NCBI GenBank assembly: GCA_976551045.1
Contig: CDPCPM010000367.1
Coordinates: forward strand, 4,216,001 to 4,280,000
Direction: 5' to 3'
Source: Glaucostegus cemiculus
Lineage: Eukaryota
DNA length: 64,000 nucleotides
In this document: piece by piece, positions 26,124 to 38,561 of the stretch
Numbering within the stretch: position 1 is the stretch's first letter
How the letters are laid out: each line of letters begins with the position of its first letter
The notes under the pieces: generated by a model
Database searches by the model: none
What the model was told of the DNA's origin: nothing
The model's input: the letters and a program-made list of their open reading frames with translations, nothing else
Position numbers and translations under genes: made by a program

Positions 26124-26400
26124 CTTCTTCAATTATGCCAGTAATGCACTTAGCAATGCTGAGCTCCAAACCTGATAGTCCTCAGATGCCTTTCCTTTTT
26201 CAGGGCACCACGTGAGGGCAGTCGATGAGCAGCAACGCACGCAGCAGATAGGACGCCGCCACCTCCACCGGACACCACCCCATTGGGAGCACGTGGCACC
26301 AGGTACTGCCCTGGGACTCCGCGCGTGCTCCGGTACCGGGCTGGCAAGGATCAGCGCGAGCTGGGGGAAGGGGGGGGGATCCCCGGGGTGGGGGTGGGGG
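26124..26400 (-). other. Putative non-coding first exon of a - strand gene running leftwards
   Basis: Strong donor AAG|GTAAGT at 26123 next to the CpG island. All three frames have stops shortly before the donor; there is a 27-aa uORF (MGWCPVEV...). The 5' end is uncertain. Confidence 0.5.
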
Positions 26401-26860
26401 GGGGGTTGCTCCAACCTCCCGCCCTTCCACCTGCACACACAGAGCAACCACCCCACCCCACCCACTAGGGGCGCCAGCGAGGCGCGCGGGAGGGCGCGCC
26501 CTCAGCGGCCGCGGGGTGAGCGCGCCAGGCCGGTCACCCGGCCAGGTGGCGAGCTGCCGCCTGCAGGCGCCTGTGCTCGGGACAGGGAGGGGGAGAGAGG
26601 GGTGGAGATGGAGCCGGCAGGTGCCTTTGCCCCGACCAGGGGAGCAGCGGCTTTGATGAGCAGAATGGTAACTGTGCAGGGCGTTGTGCGCTGTTTGGCA
26701 CAAACACCCGCGTGCCGCTCTGCCTGTAACACGACGGCAATAGCGAGGGATGATTATTCTGCCGTGAGTACCTTTCTTCGAAGTTTTATCTTTAGGTTAC
26801 GGAATTACAGGGTCCATGCGCGACGTGCTCCCTGTTTGAGCAGGCGAGGATCAGGTCCGA
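26200..26860. promoter_or_regulatory. GC-rich CpG island, probable (bidirectional) promoter
   Basis: Very dense CpG, GC boxes and G-tracts. Outward-facing splice donors on both sides: - strand at 26123, + strand at 26764. Confidence 0.8.
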
Positions 26861-27383
26861 AAGGGACACATTCTTTTTTAAGGAAGTCGAAGTGGCGACT
26901 ATTTGATGTGACATTGGTACACATTCAGAAGGACAGCAGCTGATAACATTGGAAAGTAACATTTACGCAAAAGAAGGTGAACAATATATTCTGAGATTTA
27001 AATGTTTTTGTGTGAAAGATATAGAAAGACACGGGCACTACTTGCTTAGGACTGAACTGATAAGTACTATATGAAGTTGTGGTGACAGGAACGATGACTG
27101 TTTCCAAATCTGGAAAGCGTTTAATCATTGTTTGTTATTGGACAACTGAAGATCTAGCATCTTCGTATTGGTTTACTACAGTGTATGCAACACAATCTAT
27201 GGATGTATATGAAATACTGTTTTTTCAAACGTTTAGTGGTGAGACCACTGCAGTTTGTTCATGACGTTTTGCCACATGTTTGTTATTTCTGAAACGTTCC
27301 GTGAACATCTTGAAACCTTGCAATCTCTTGGGTTAATAGAACTGATGGTAAATGTTGGGATTTAAGTTAACCCAATGGGAGTA

Positions 27384-27458
27384 GATAATTGCTGATAACC
27401 CTTTGACCCATTGCCCCTTTCAGTGATGGCAGTGGGTCAGTGGGTTATCAATGTTGTC
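27384..27458 (+). ncRNA. Candidate pre-miRNA-like hairpin
   Basis: 23-bp upper stem (27393-27415 with 27428-27450; one mismatch, two G-U), 12-nt loop, lower stem gataa/ttgtc, and a CNNC motif at 27463. Confidence 0.4.
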
Positions 27459-27627
27459 AAATCTTCTGTTACATTGAGGAAGGGTTGATGGTGTTGATAT
27501 ATTTTGCTTCAGAGTGAGTTGCTATTATGGCTCTTCCTTATATTTGGGGATCATTAACTGCATACAGAAAGCTATCGAATTGCTAAATCTTCTCAATGCG
27601 CATACCAATTTAGCAGTTAATCTCAGT

Positions 27628-27873
27628 AGGGTTGCCAGTTCTGGTCGAATAAATTCCTGGAGTTTTATCACCCGACCATCCCCTTGCATCACCAGGTCCA
27701 AACGACCTTTTCCTCCACCTCCAATATTTTTAGAACGAATAAGAGAAAGTGATTAATGAAATTGGGGGAGGGGAAAAATATGATGTATTATTTCCTTCCC
27801 TCTGGTTTGCTGACAGTGATGGCCAGAGGAGTTATTCTTCGAGACCAAGACAATACCGGAGGTTGGCAACCCT
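27628..27873. mobile_element. Non-autonomous DNA transposon (MITE)
   Basis: Terminal inverted repeats AGGGTTGCCA (27628-27637) and TGGCAACCCT (27864-27873), extending imperfectly inward. No ORF. Confidence 0.7.
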
Positions 27874-29753
27874 CTCTACGAGCGCACTTTGTAAACAATG
27901 TAAACATTACAGAACGGATATTTTTGAATCTGTTTATTTGTGTTGTCTAAATTGCCAATTCTGAAGCCTGTAATCGCCATTGAATGCTTCTCTGTAATTA
28001 CTGTAATCGTTTATTGCCTAACTAACAGCATGAAGTGGGACACTAATTAAAACGAACATCAACTTTATCATCTGATAACCTCTGGTGTAAATTAATTCTT
28101 TTGTCATTAATGTAGCACATCATCGTCATAAATCTTGGATGTGGTTACCATTTTATTTTACTCGTACCCTAGAGGTGTGCTTGGATTCAAATCCCTTTTC
28201 TGTCTTCTAAATATGTACTTAAAATCAATCTGTATATTGGGCGAATTACGTGGTTGTTGGTCTACTTTGCGTATGCTAATGTAAATTTACTGTTGATGGT
28301 TGTGTTGAATGAAATGTGACTGCAGATTGAGAGATGCCCAGGCGATTTAATCTGAGTTTCTACTGGGAATGAATGAAGAGAAAGAGGTGGAACTATCGTG
28401 AGCAATTGTTGAACAACACCCTCATTACTCATACAATTGATCTTCCACACAGTATTTGGAAGTATATTTTAAAATAAAATCAAAATATCTCGCAAAATAA
28501 TAAGTTTTAAAGTTGTATATTTAATAAAATAATTGCTTTTAATGTGAATGATATAATGACCCGAGCCGAATAATGTACAATGTTGATTCTGTACAATATC
28601 TTATTCTTCATGAGTCTCTATTCTGCCATCAACCACTGCTTCTTGGACTTCAAGAAATGAGATCGCCGCGCCAGTGCGCCCATTGCAATTCCGTTATGTT
28701 CATAATCCGCACGATTTATCAGCCCCTTTCCTTTATACTGTTTTCTCTAGTGTGTCTTCTCTCGTGTATTTTACTCGAGATACAGCAAAAGCAAGCACCT
28801 TTATTCATTGAGCACGTAACGTAAGTTGTATCAAATTTTGCTCTTCATAGACATGTTATATCATAGCAACCGTGGAAAAAAATGAAAAGAAAAAAAAGAA
28901 CATTTACAAAATGAATGTCATGAACACATTATTCAACGAACAAAGCAGTCATATCAAATTCAGTTTTTACAACTTCGTAGCAACCAATTCAGTTCTCTCT
29001 ATTGGCTTGCCATAGTGCAAACTGTAGCGTTGCCAAGGCAGAATTCAAACAGGGTCTTAACACTTAACAGACTTGTGGTTTTCCTGTGTCTTTTGCCTTA
29101 AACATTGTCCACAGACATAGTGCTTCTGTTAGCTTCGAAAGACAGTCCATCTTTCCCGTAATGCCAATGCATAAAATTCAAGTTTAGAGTAGTTCAGACG
29201 ACTTGATAATGTAAATGCTCTGTTTATCTGAACCAAGAGTTAAATATTGAAGTCGAACGTTATTATCTGTTGCAAATACACGAATACAATTTATATATTG
29301 GTTGATGATCAGGTAACACTCTGGGGAGTGAAGTGTCAAGTCTATGTCAGAAAACTTCTGAACTCGTTTTAAACACATGCAATGACATTTTTTTCTATAC
29401 ACTGGAAACGCCTTATACCTTTAATTAATTCGTCAAATTTGGAATTGAAAATTGTTCGCGCATATTCAGATTTGGATGGTCTTATATGGGATGTTGTGGC
29501 CTTGCTAGCAATGTATACTCGCTCCTCTATTTTGAAATGGAATAGTAGACCGGACCGTTGAATTCATTGGGTGTTTCGGAATCTCGCTGTTCTTGTTCGG
29601 CCCATGTTATTCATTTCTTTTTGGGGGAGCATACACAAATACAATCTCTTCTTTGCCTATTGCACAGTACTGGGTGATGCTGAAAATCGTTGGCACGACC
29701 GTATTTCGCACGTCCAATTGTAGGGACGCATCCTCCTGTCTTTTTGGTCGTTC

Positions 29754-30191
<438 letters not shown>

Positions 30192-33156
30192 TTAGGAACC
30201 GTAGAAAGAAAATACAGAGTTGCATTTGATTTTCTCCCTTGTAGCGTTTCTCCCTGAGAGATGTTTTGGTTTTCATTAAAGCATGAAATCTAGCATGGAA
30301 ACTGATAGAATCCATAAAAGCCGGCTGAGGAATTAGAAAATATCAACCAGAAGTTAAACGCAGTCGCAAGAGATCCCATGGAATGTGCCAGCTGTTGGGT
30401 AGTAGCACAGCAAACATTTCCTCGCACGCTGACAATATTTTAATGCCTGTTAAGACGCTGTTTATTTGCGTACAGGATGGAAGACTTTTTGTAAATTGAA
30501 TTTGAGGTTTCTAATTAAGTCTTGATTATTGTATTCTTTGATTCCCAAACTCTTCTTCTGCATCTGGCAAAATCTTTATGTTATTGTTGATTTGGACGCT
30601 AGTGTCCCTCATCTCAACCACCTCTTTAAATCTTCAGAACAGAACAGCTTTTTCCCTGCTTTGAAAAAACTGGATACATTGATACCATTAATATTGTCTT
30701 CCATAACTCTGTAGGAACGCATAAAGGCTAAAAAGAGTAGGAAGAGGGACTCTCCTTATTTGGACCAACCTCTGGGCAAAACGAACTGGGGATCTACAGG
30801 AATACTACTCTCGTTTACTTTGCAATTGATTTGAAAAGTTAGATATGTTGTTCTATGCTGAATATTTACATTATTGGACTGTTGGGTAGAGATTAGTACA
30901 TTTTCATTCAACTTTTGAGCTCCCCCCCCCACCTTCCTTTTCAGAGTAACTTTTATTCGTCAAGTTGAATCCTGAAAAGGCCATTTGACTTTTAAATATC
31001 GTACAAGTTGTGTCCACTCTGCACATTTGTTTTATAATGTCTGTTAAGGCGTTTTATAAATGCGGGGAGAAATAGATCAACAGTTCATGGGATCAACACC
31101 ATCGAAGGTGAAAAAATGAGCATTTTTAAAACACTGTGCATGTTGCATTTGAAAGTCGCATTATTTTTTTTTAAATCGTAAAGCTATGCAGGGAACTGAA
31201 ATATGTCGCCGGTCCTCTCTCAAAACAAACGAAATCAGTTTGTAGATACCATAATTGGACGGAAGACAATTCTGATCCAAGCTCTTGCAGAACAAGGGTA
31301 ACCGAAATATTTTCAATGTTCTACACCTTAAAATCTCATATTATCTCTCTGCACAGATCCTTTGGCTACGGAGAATCGCTTATTCAATACGGTTGTAGTC
31401 ATTTTAAAATTAAATTGAGCGCCCTCACTTGGACAATTTCCTGTTCAGATAATAAATGTCTCCCGGTTCCTGGAGTGTCGTAGTTTGTGACGTCATTGGA
31501 AACCCTTCCTGTGAACCATAAGCAGATGCTCCTACCCCTCTAGATCGACGCGAGAGGTCATGTAGACGCACAAATGGGAAACTTTTAGAGCTTTCTTCTG
31601 AGTATGAACGTGGCATTTAATAACCCATGGTGAATATTAGTTTTATGGTGTGGGAGGACAATCCTGTATTAAACACCCATCACGATGCAAGAAAACCAAA
31701 TAATTTGTACATTATGATTTTTTTCTAGAAATTCTACGTAACGCCTTCAAATTACCATCTCCCTGAGAATTCTCATTCAAACGCAAAGTGCTCTTTTAAT
31801 ATCTCTTTAGTTTCTTTTCCTCTCGCGTGTGCTTTGTTGCTAGATAGTTCAGTGCTCAAAGCAATCTTCTTGTGCCATTGCAGTGAAACAGCATGAATTC
31901 CGTCCCAAATTATGTTTGCCAAGTGCAGTTGGATTGGAAACTCTGCAGTTCACATTGTTTATGTCATATTAATGCTGGCAATTGCATTTTTAATGATAAA
32001 TCGGAATCATTTCATAACAAGTCAGCACTAAACAGAGTAAAATGATGTTTTTTTCTCCATGTCAGTTACAATAAGAAGGTACAAACTAAAGTTCTTTCTG
32101 TGACGTCGATGGATACAAAAACGTATGTTGTTGAAGTCTTCAAAATTTTGCAATAGTTTACGCATTTTCAAAATCGTTGCCCAAATATATTCAAAAGGAC
32201 TAAACCTATTTGTGTTGGCCCTGCCAAATATACACTCAGACTCGTATTGTGCCCTGTTTGTGTTATTTTCCATTGTAGGAAGGGGGTATCTTTTTGTTGG
32301 GTGTGGGTTGTGGGGCGGGGGTGGGGGGTGGGGAGGGCGCGGAGAGAGTACTTTTTCTCAATCCAGGAAGGCTTTCAACACAGTTCAGCCAATTATAATT
32401 GCTTATTGGAGTATGCCCAAGATTTCATAAGATTAAGAATGTAAGGAGGCCGTGGGAGGTTGTTAAATTTGCTCGTGCATATTCTTTTGCCATTTACCAT
32501 CTATACAAGCGATATGAAAGAACAATGCCAATTTCATACTATATTGGATACAAGTTTGAATTGAAATATGAAATATTGTCTCGAACATCCTGCAGCAAAT
32601 TCACAAAGAAGTTATATAATTTTGACCTTGTGCTGTATGATTAGAATTAGAAAGGTATTGGCATGTGCTTATTATTTTCAAAGATTACAATAAATCAAGT
32701 TGCCAGATATGAGTTTATTGAATGATCGGTAAAATTACTCTAATCGTTTGCTTCGTCTGATTTTAGTTAGCTAAGCTTAACCCCAAATATAAATGTTTTA
32801 GATATGGCGATTTTGGAAAGCAAGTAAAATGCAGCGAAATTTGTAAACTAGGAACACTCCGTGAATTTGTGGGTAAAAGAAAACCCTTCACTGATCCCAT
32901 AAAGGCCCGTGGATGTGTCTATGGATACATTTAATATTATTTAGTAACAGGGCATAACCTGACGGCCTAAACCCAGGAACTTTCAAAAATACTTTATGGT
33001 ACCTTTAAATGAAAAGTTTTTTTTATATGTATAGTTTTCATTCGAATTTTCATTATATCGGCCAATGAACGTTTGGCATGCAAACATACCTTTATTAACT
33101 GATATTGCAAAGGTTACTGTGTACTAAGTGTATTGTTCAAATAGAATACCGCTTAC

Positions 33157-33530
33157 CAATCCTTCCTCCCCCACTCCCGGGGAGGTGACAGCCAGGTCGA
33201 GTCCGTTGATATCAGATGCATTGATTTGGATGCCCCAGTTCGATTCGGGTTGTTTGAGCCAGTTTTGTAGTACGCGCTTGAAGTCTATACTTTGCCAATG
33301 GCCAGTGCCGGAGTTAATGTCGAATTTTAAAGAGCGAATTGGCGTGTGATTCGTCCATTCCTGCCCCACTGGCTTTAGTCGTAGAATCTGCATAAAAACC
33401 GTTGTGGTTTGTTTCACTGGCCGCAGGTATATCCAGAGATGGGCTTTGACTACTTTATTGAACTGCATTTTGGGGCTGATCTTGAAGGAACAACATTTCG
33501 GTTTGTCATCGACTTGGACACTAGGTTCAG
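33157..33530 (-). CDS. MSTN: Myostatin exon 2 (propeptide)
   Basis: Acceptor tttaaag|CT and donor TTG|gtaagc; 374 bp. Encodes [30 protein letters not shown]...[25 protein letters not shown]...PGVGEEGL. Confidence 0.97.
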
Positions 33531-35027
33531 CTTTAAAAAAGTTTAAGTAGTACATGTGAATGATGTTACTTTAACCCTTTCTTCAGCTATTACTTTTTTT
33601 AAAAATCAACTATACAGAGTGAATTACATACACTGAAAGAGCAAGATATTATTTTGCCGTCACCTTTTAAAGAGTAATGAAATGAGTAGAGGTCACAGGA
33701 ATAATTTTTTAAGAGTAATTCGGATTTAGGGGAACGCATTCACTGGGGAAAACAGCCATTGGTACGATACTGACTTAAAATAGAATCAATGTATAGGTGA
33801 AAAACATGTTTATGGTGAAATATATATTTGCAGCCGAACTGTGTGGGGAAAAAACTGGCAACATTAACACTTTTCACTTGCAGCATGGTAAGTATTACTT
33901 GGGAGAAGATCTGTGTGTCCCCTTGACCATTCTTTCTCCAATATAAACACTTAGAGAGAGCTCCACCATAAATTGGTCTCAATCTTATCTTTCTGACTAC
34001 ATATCAATCGTCCAATTTTTGCAGATGTAGCATTTAGTATCCAACGCAGGCTGACAGAGCACTTAGGCAGCTGCAGTTACCCGTCACATGCTTTGCAGTT
34101 AAAATGACCCTAATGACACACTGAGGTCATGACACCATTTGCTAGTAGCTATTAAGTTATTCCTCTACAATGAACACTAATATGCCTGTGGGACAATAGA
34201 ATCTTTCTTCCCAACTCTCTGGGCATGAGGAAAACCAGTTAACTATATTGAGAAACATCAAATGTTGTTTTGGAAACAGTGATGGAAAGCCGAAGAGCTT
34301 TAAGTTAGAATACAAATTGTTCAAATGCGTAATTAAAAGTTCTTTCTGAAAGCTCGCGTAATCCTCATTAGTTACATTCATTTGTTTCACAGCAATAGCT
34401 TCTGGGACAGTTTGCAAGGGCCTAACTCAGCTAAGGTTCACAGGGTCACCCAGAGTGAATAATAATTTCTTCTCAACGAAAATATAATTTGATAGAACAA
34501 ATTTAGTTTTGCGTTGATGGCTCATAAAAATGGTGCTTTTATAGTCCTAGGTTATAAACATGGTTTCCTAAGTTTCAGGTGTACAGGAAATATAAACTGT
34601 TGCTAGTTAAGATGTCCTTGCTTAAACTCCAACAGAGCGTGTTTGTGAATTCTTCTGAACAGCTATAACGTGGACAAATAAAGATTCTTTTTTCCTTAAA
34701 GTTTACACTTCTCGTTAAGTGAGTTACGACCTTAGTATGTTGGTGTGTATTGTAAAGGAAAGGGAAGCCTTTTGAAACAGAATAGATGAAAAGATCACAA
34801 TGAGGTCGCGATTTCCATGGCTAATAAAATCTTTGTCGAGCCGTTTGCTTTAAGTGCAACTCACATAATAACCTACAACCAGTGATATTAGTCTATCAAT
34901 TGAGAGAAAAAGGTGTAAACATTATGGCAGCACACAAACTGAAATGTTGTATTACATCAGTCGTTATATGCAGAAAGTAGTTAGTTTACTGCTGAAATGT
35001 TACTTATAATTATACTGGCCTACTTAC

Positions 35028-35433
35028 GCTCCGTGGCCATGGTGATGAGAGTTTCGGTGGTAGCATGATAATCGTCCTCTTCTAGTAAGGCATCGTTATT
35101 ATCATCCCCTTGGATATCATATTGATCAAGTAGCCGTTGCAGAGGAGGGGCTTTCGGTAAAAGTTGGTTCACTGTATCCCGACTAATGTTGGGCGCTTCT
35201 TTGAGGCGCAGTTTGCTCAGAATTTGCGATTTGATAGACTCCAGTCTCAGTGCCTTATTCTCCTTCCTCCACCTACAAGCTGAACACTCGGACACGTTAT
35301 AGTCACTATCTGGCCCTTTTTCTAGCGATTCCGTCTTAATATCTGTCAGGTTCGCGTGCGCACCATCTCTGCCACCTACTCGAGCAAGTGCACCAAAGAG
35401 AGCCAGGTAAATGAGCACTTGTGATGCTTGCAT
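35028..35433 (-). CDS. MSTN: Myostatin exon 1 (signal peptide and latency region)
   Basis: ATG at 35433 and donor GAGC|gtaagt; 406 bp. Encodes C..C.WR...RLESIKSQILSKLRLKEAPNISRD...LLPKAPPL...EEDDYHATTET. The spliced CDS is 1161 bp, giving 386 aa. Confidence 0.97.
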
Positions 35434-35519
35434 GTTCCCAAGTCTTTTGCTGGATCCTCTTCTGTCTCCAGTTAAGGGTGTGTTAGAGGCTGGTGGGCTG
35501 GGATATGGCCAAGCGCACT

Positions 35520-35680
35520 GGTAAATCTCATATATTCCAACACGGCTTTTTATACTACAACTTTGGCCACACTATTGTGTCGTAAAAATCAACGATTGGC
35601 TGCTGTGCCAACAAAGAATCTAGCTGTCAGAACTGAGATCTTTCTCTGTCACTCACAGCCAACGCAGCGTCATTATTTTC
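35520..35680 (-). promoter_or_regulatory. MSTN: Conserved myostatin proximal promoter
   Basis: On the - strand: TGACG (35668-72), two TGACAG MEIS-type sites (35646-51, 35624-29), CCAAT (35595-99) and TATAAAAAGCC (TATA 35547-54). Order and flanks resemble the amniote MSTN core promoter as I recall it. Confidence 0.85.
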
Positions 35681-35923
35681 AACTTCGCTCGTGTGTTTAT
35701 ATCGCCTGTTTATTCCAATGAACGATAGCCGAAACAATTCACACAAAGCATGGTGTGTCGATCGCCTTTTCTCGCATTCAGCTAGTTGTTACGACTCAGA
35801 ACGCCAGATCTCACGATTCCCTGCTGCTAGGCGTAATATGTAGTAGTTTTTGTTACCAATTTTCTACAGCTTTCGCTCAACGTCTATGCCAATTGTGACT
35901 GATTCGCTCTCACACACGCACTC

Positions 35924-35926
<3 letters not shown>

Positions 35927-35965
<39 letters not shown>
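35927..35965. repeat. (CT)n microsatellite upstream of MSTN
   Basis: Seen directly. Confidence 0.95.
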
Positions 35966-35968
<3 letters not shown>

Positions 35969-37833
35969 ACAGTAAATATGAGATGGTTCCGTCTTCTGAA
36001 AGTTTGACCTCGTTTAGTGGTCGATTGCGATAAATAGTTGGGCATTATTCGAACACTCCCCTAACTTCGCCATTATCTTTCAGTTTGATCTAGCAAAATC
36101 GAATTAAAGCACATGGAAGTGGAAAGAAGACAACTATTCACTGTTTCTAATTGTGAGTTTTTCAAGCAAACTTTGACCGGGTATAGTTTGGCGCGCTTTA
36201 ATGCAGTTGACTTGGAGGACATTAACGCTTCAGATAGTTACTATCCTAAAAGAAAGGTAAAGTTAGTTTTATTCAGCGCTTCCACTTCTTTAGAAAAAGC
36301 AGCTGTTAATTGCGGCATTTGCTTACATAGGAATTTTTTTAAAAACTACTTCAATATATGACATCTAAAAGACAACTCAAGCTATTATGTGCATTATGGC
36401 GGAACAACACGGTCCAGAGATACTAAACTCAAGTTCCCGCAAACACCTTGTGTCTAAGTAGCTCTTGAAATATCATAACATTTTAAATGAAATGTAGATG
36501 AATGACAGCTAATGTTCACGTGCATTTCCCCCACACAGACGCATTGAGTGTGGAAATGATAACGTGTGCAACTGAAACAAAATTCTCCACAACGCTCTGG
36601 GCTGTGCATCCATCGTGTAAGACAACTGCTCAAGTTAGAAGTCAAACATTAATTATTGTCAAACAGCTGTGCTGTTATACTTTTGGTCCCGAACGTATCG
36701 ATCAGAACAATTTAAAGGTCACAATGTGCTCCGCAAAACTGCTCATCTGCTAACAAACTTACACCTCCTTTAAAGTCCGAATGCAACACTAAACACGTCG
36801 ATTATTATAGAATCGTCAATCTTACATGCAGTAAAACAGCCTGAAAAGTCGACGCTCTTCTCTCTCATTCATAATCAATTGCTTTTCTTGTCAACTTTTT
36901 AGATTATTCTAAAAGCAACTCGAAAGAATGCATGTTAAGAAAGGCGAAGCGTTTCGACATTCACTTAAAAGGCCGTGCCATTTTAAAAACACAAGGTTGT
37001 TAAATACCATTTAAAATGCCGTTTACTTGCAGGAGCTGTGTGCACTTTCGTAGTTTCAAACGGTGTGTTCACTCCCGCACGTAATTGCAATTAGTCTGAA
37101 ACCGGAATATGTAACAAAGTTATTAATGTAATTCGATTTGTTGGCACTGCGCCGCCACATTTGCTAAAGAAATCCGAAAAGTGTGGGTTGGATATAACAT
37201 GAGCACGGGCGTAAATTACATTTTAACACAGAATGAAAAGGAAAGACGATTCGAAGAAGCCACCACACAATTATTGCCGGTTATTTCTCCACAGGCTTCT
37301 CTTTTCCGCTGGAAAAATACCACGTGCTCCAATGTAAGAATGGATGAAAAGGTTACGCATGTATCTGTTCTGTGCATCTCACTGACCGCATCCGTGGATA
37401 TTACCCTGCACAGTTTTGAATGTATGCCAATAAGCAAAGTAAAATACTTCCATAATCTTCCCTTTTAAAATTCTTTAGGTTTAGGCTAAATATTATAGCA
37501 GCATTTTGTAAGTGAATGCCGCAATTTTTTCTCTGATTTGGGAAATATAAGCTACTTTTGACTTTAGACGTATTTGATAGGGAAGAGAAAAATTCCCGAT
37601 GCATTAGTTATAATTATTCATCGTTTTGCATTTTATTGCCCAACAGAATATGTGATCTGAATGCTGTTTCGAATTCTGGCGGAACTCCGTTCTGCTACTG
37701 CTGCCCCTGGCCGCGATGTTATTCGCTGATGATTATTTTGTATACTGGCGGCCTCGAAAAAGATATTTCACAAATTGAAACTTAAGCCTCGAATGGAATT
37801 ATAAATGCAAGTACGTGATAGGACCATGGTTAA

Positions 37834-37852
37834 TACGTCCATCTGCTGGCAA
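37834..37852 (-). promoter_or_regulatory. CTCF-like motif
   Basis: The - strand reads ttgCCAGCAGATGGacgta, matching the core CCASYAGRKGG. Confidence 0.5.
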
Positions 37853-37940
37853 TTGGGCGAACTACATCATTTATTAAATGTGACCAGTTTCTGTGGGGTT
37901 TGTTAAGCGAGATCTATCATAACACAATCAATATGAATAG

Positions 37941-38561
37941 CAATCATCAACATTATTTGTAGGTGGAATCTGCTTCAACCATGGGCCAACACTCAGATCT
38001 CACAAAGGTTGATTGAAAAAAGCAAAAAAAAAAACAATACATTGGATGGAGCTCCCATCCCCGTTAGTCTATTGGGATAGTTAATAACATATTTCCAGTG
38101 ATGATATTTTAGAAGACAGTAAACTTACGACAAATAGGCAAATTTCCAGGTGAAGTAATTATTACAATCAAGTTTGATTGAGTTCCCGGTGCCAATACTA
38201 TAGAATTATTATTAGCTTATACTTTCAGGCTGGGGCAGCATGACTTTTTAATAGACATAGTTTAAAAGTATAGACGGATGGACTAGAGTTAAGTGCACCA
38301 TCTATCATTAAGTTTTCTTTATAACGAATTACTACAGATTCACACTTTGTAATACGTCACTTAGCATTAATAAGTGCCCGCCTTACCTGAAATCTTTTTA
38401 CTGCAATCACCAACATTATGTGTAGGTGGAATCTGCTTCAAACATGGGGCGAACACTTAGATCTCACAAAGGTTGATTGAAAGAAGCAAAAAAATCCCAA
38501 TAAATTGGATGAAGCTCCCATCCCTGTTAGTCTATTGGGATAGTTAATGATATATTTCCAG
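37941..38561. repeat. Direct duplication of ~158 bp (37941-38098 and 38404-38561)
   Basis: Both copies run 'caatca.caacattat.tgtaggtggaatctgcttcaa...gttagtctattgggatagttaat.a.atatttccag'. Confidence 0.95.

Noticed and set aside
26124-26283. uORF frame continuing through two in-frame TGA codons to the donor (selenoprotein or readthrough idea)
   Set aside because: No recognisable homology or SECIS evidence; the pattern is compatible with chance.
26133-26943. Overlapping ORFs up to 243 aa in the CpG island
   Set aside because: Stop-codon scarcity is expected in GC-rich DNA, and none resembles a known protein.
28400-29753. Canonical miR-27, miR-1/206 or miR-499 sites and the poly(A) site in the MSTN 3' UTR
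   Set aside because: No 7-8mer seed matches were spotted. Several poly(A) candidates exist (AATAAA ~28800, ATTAAA ~28520 and ~28538) and cannot be told apart.
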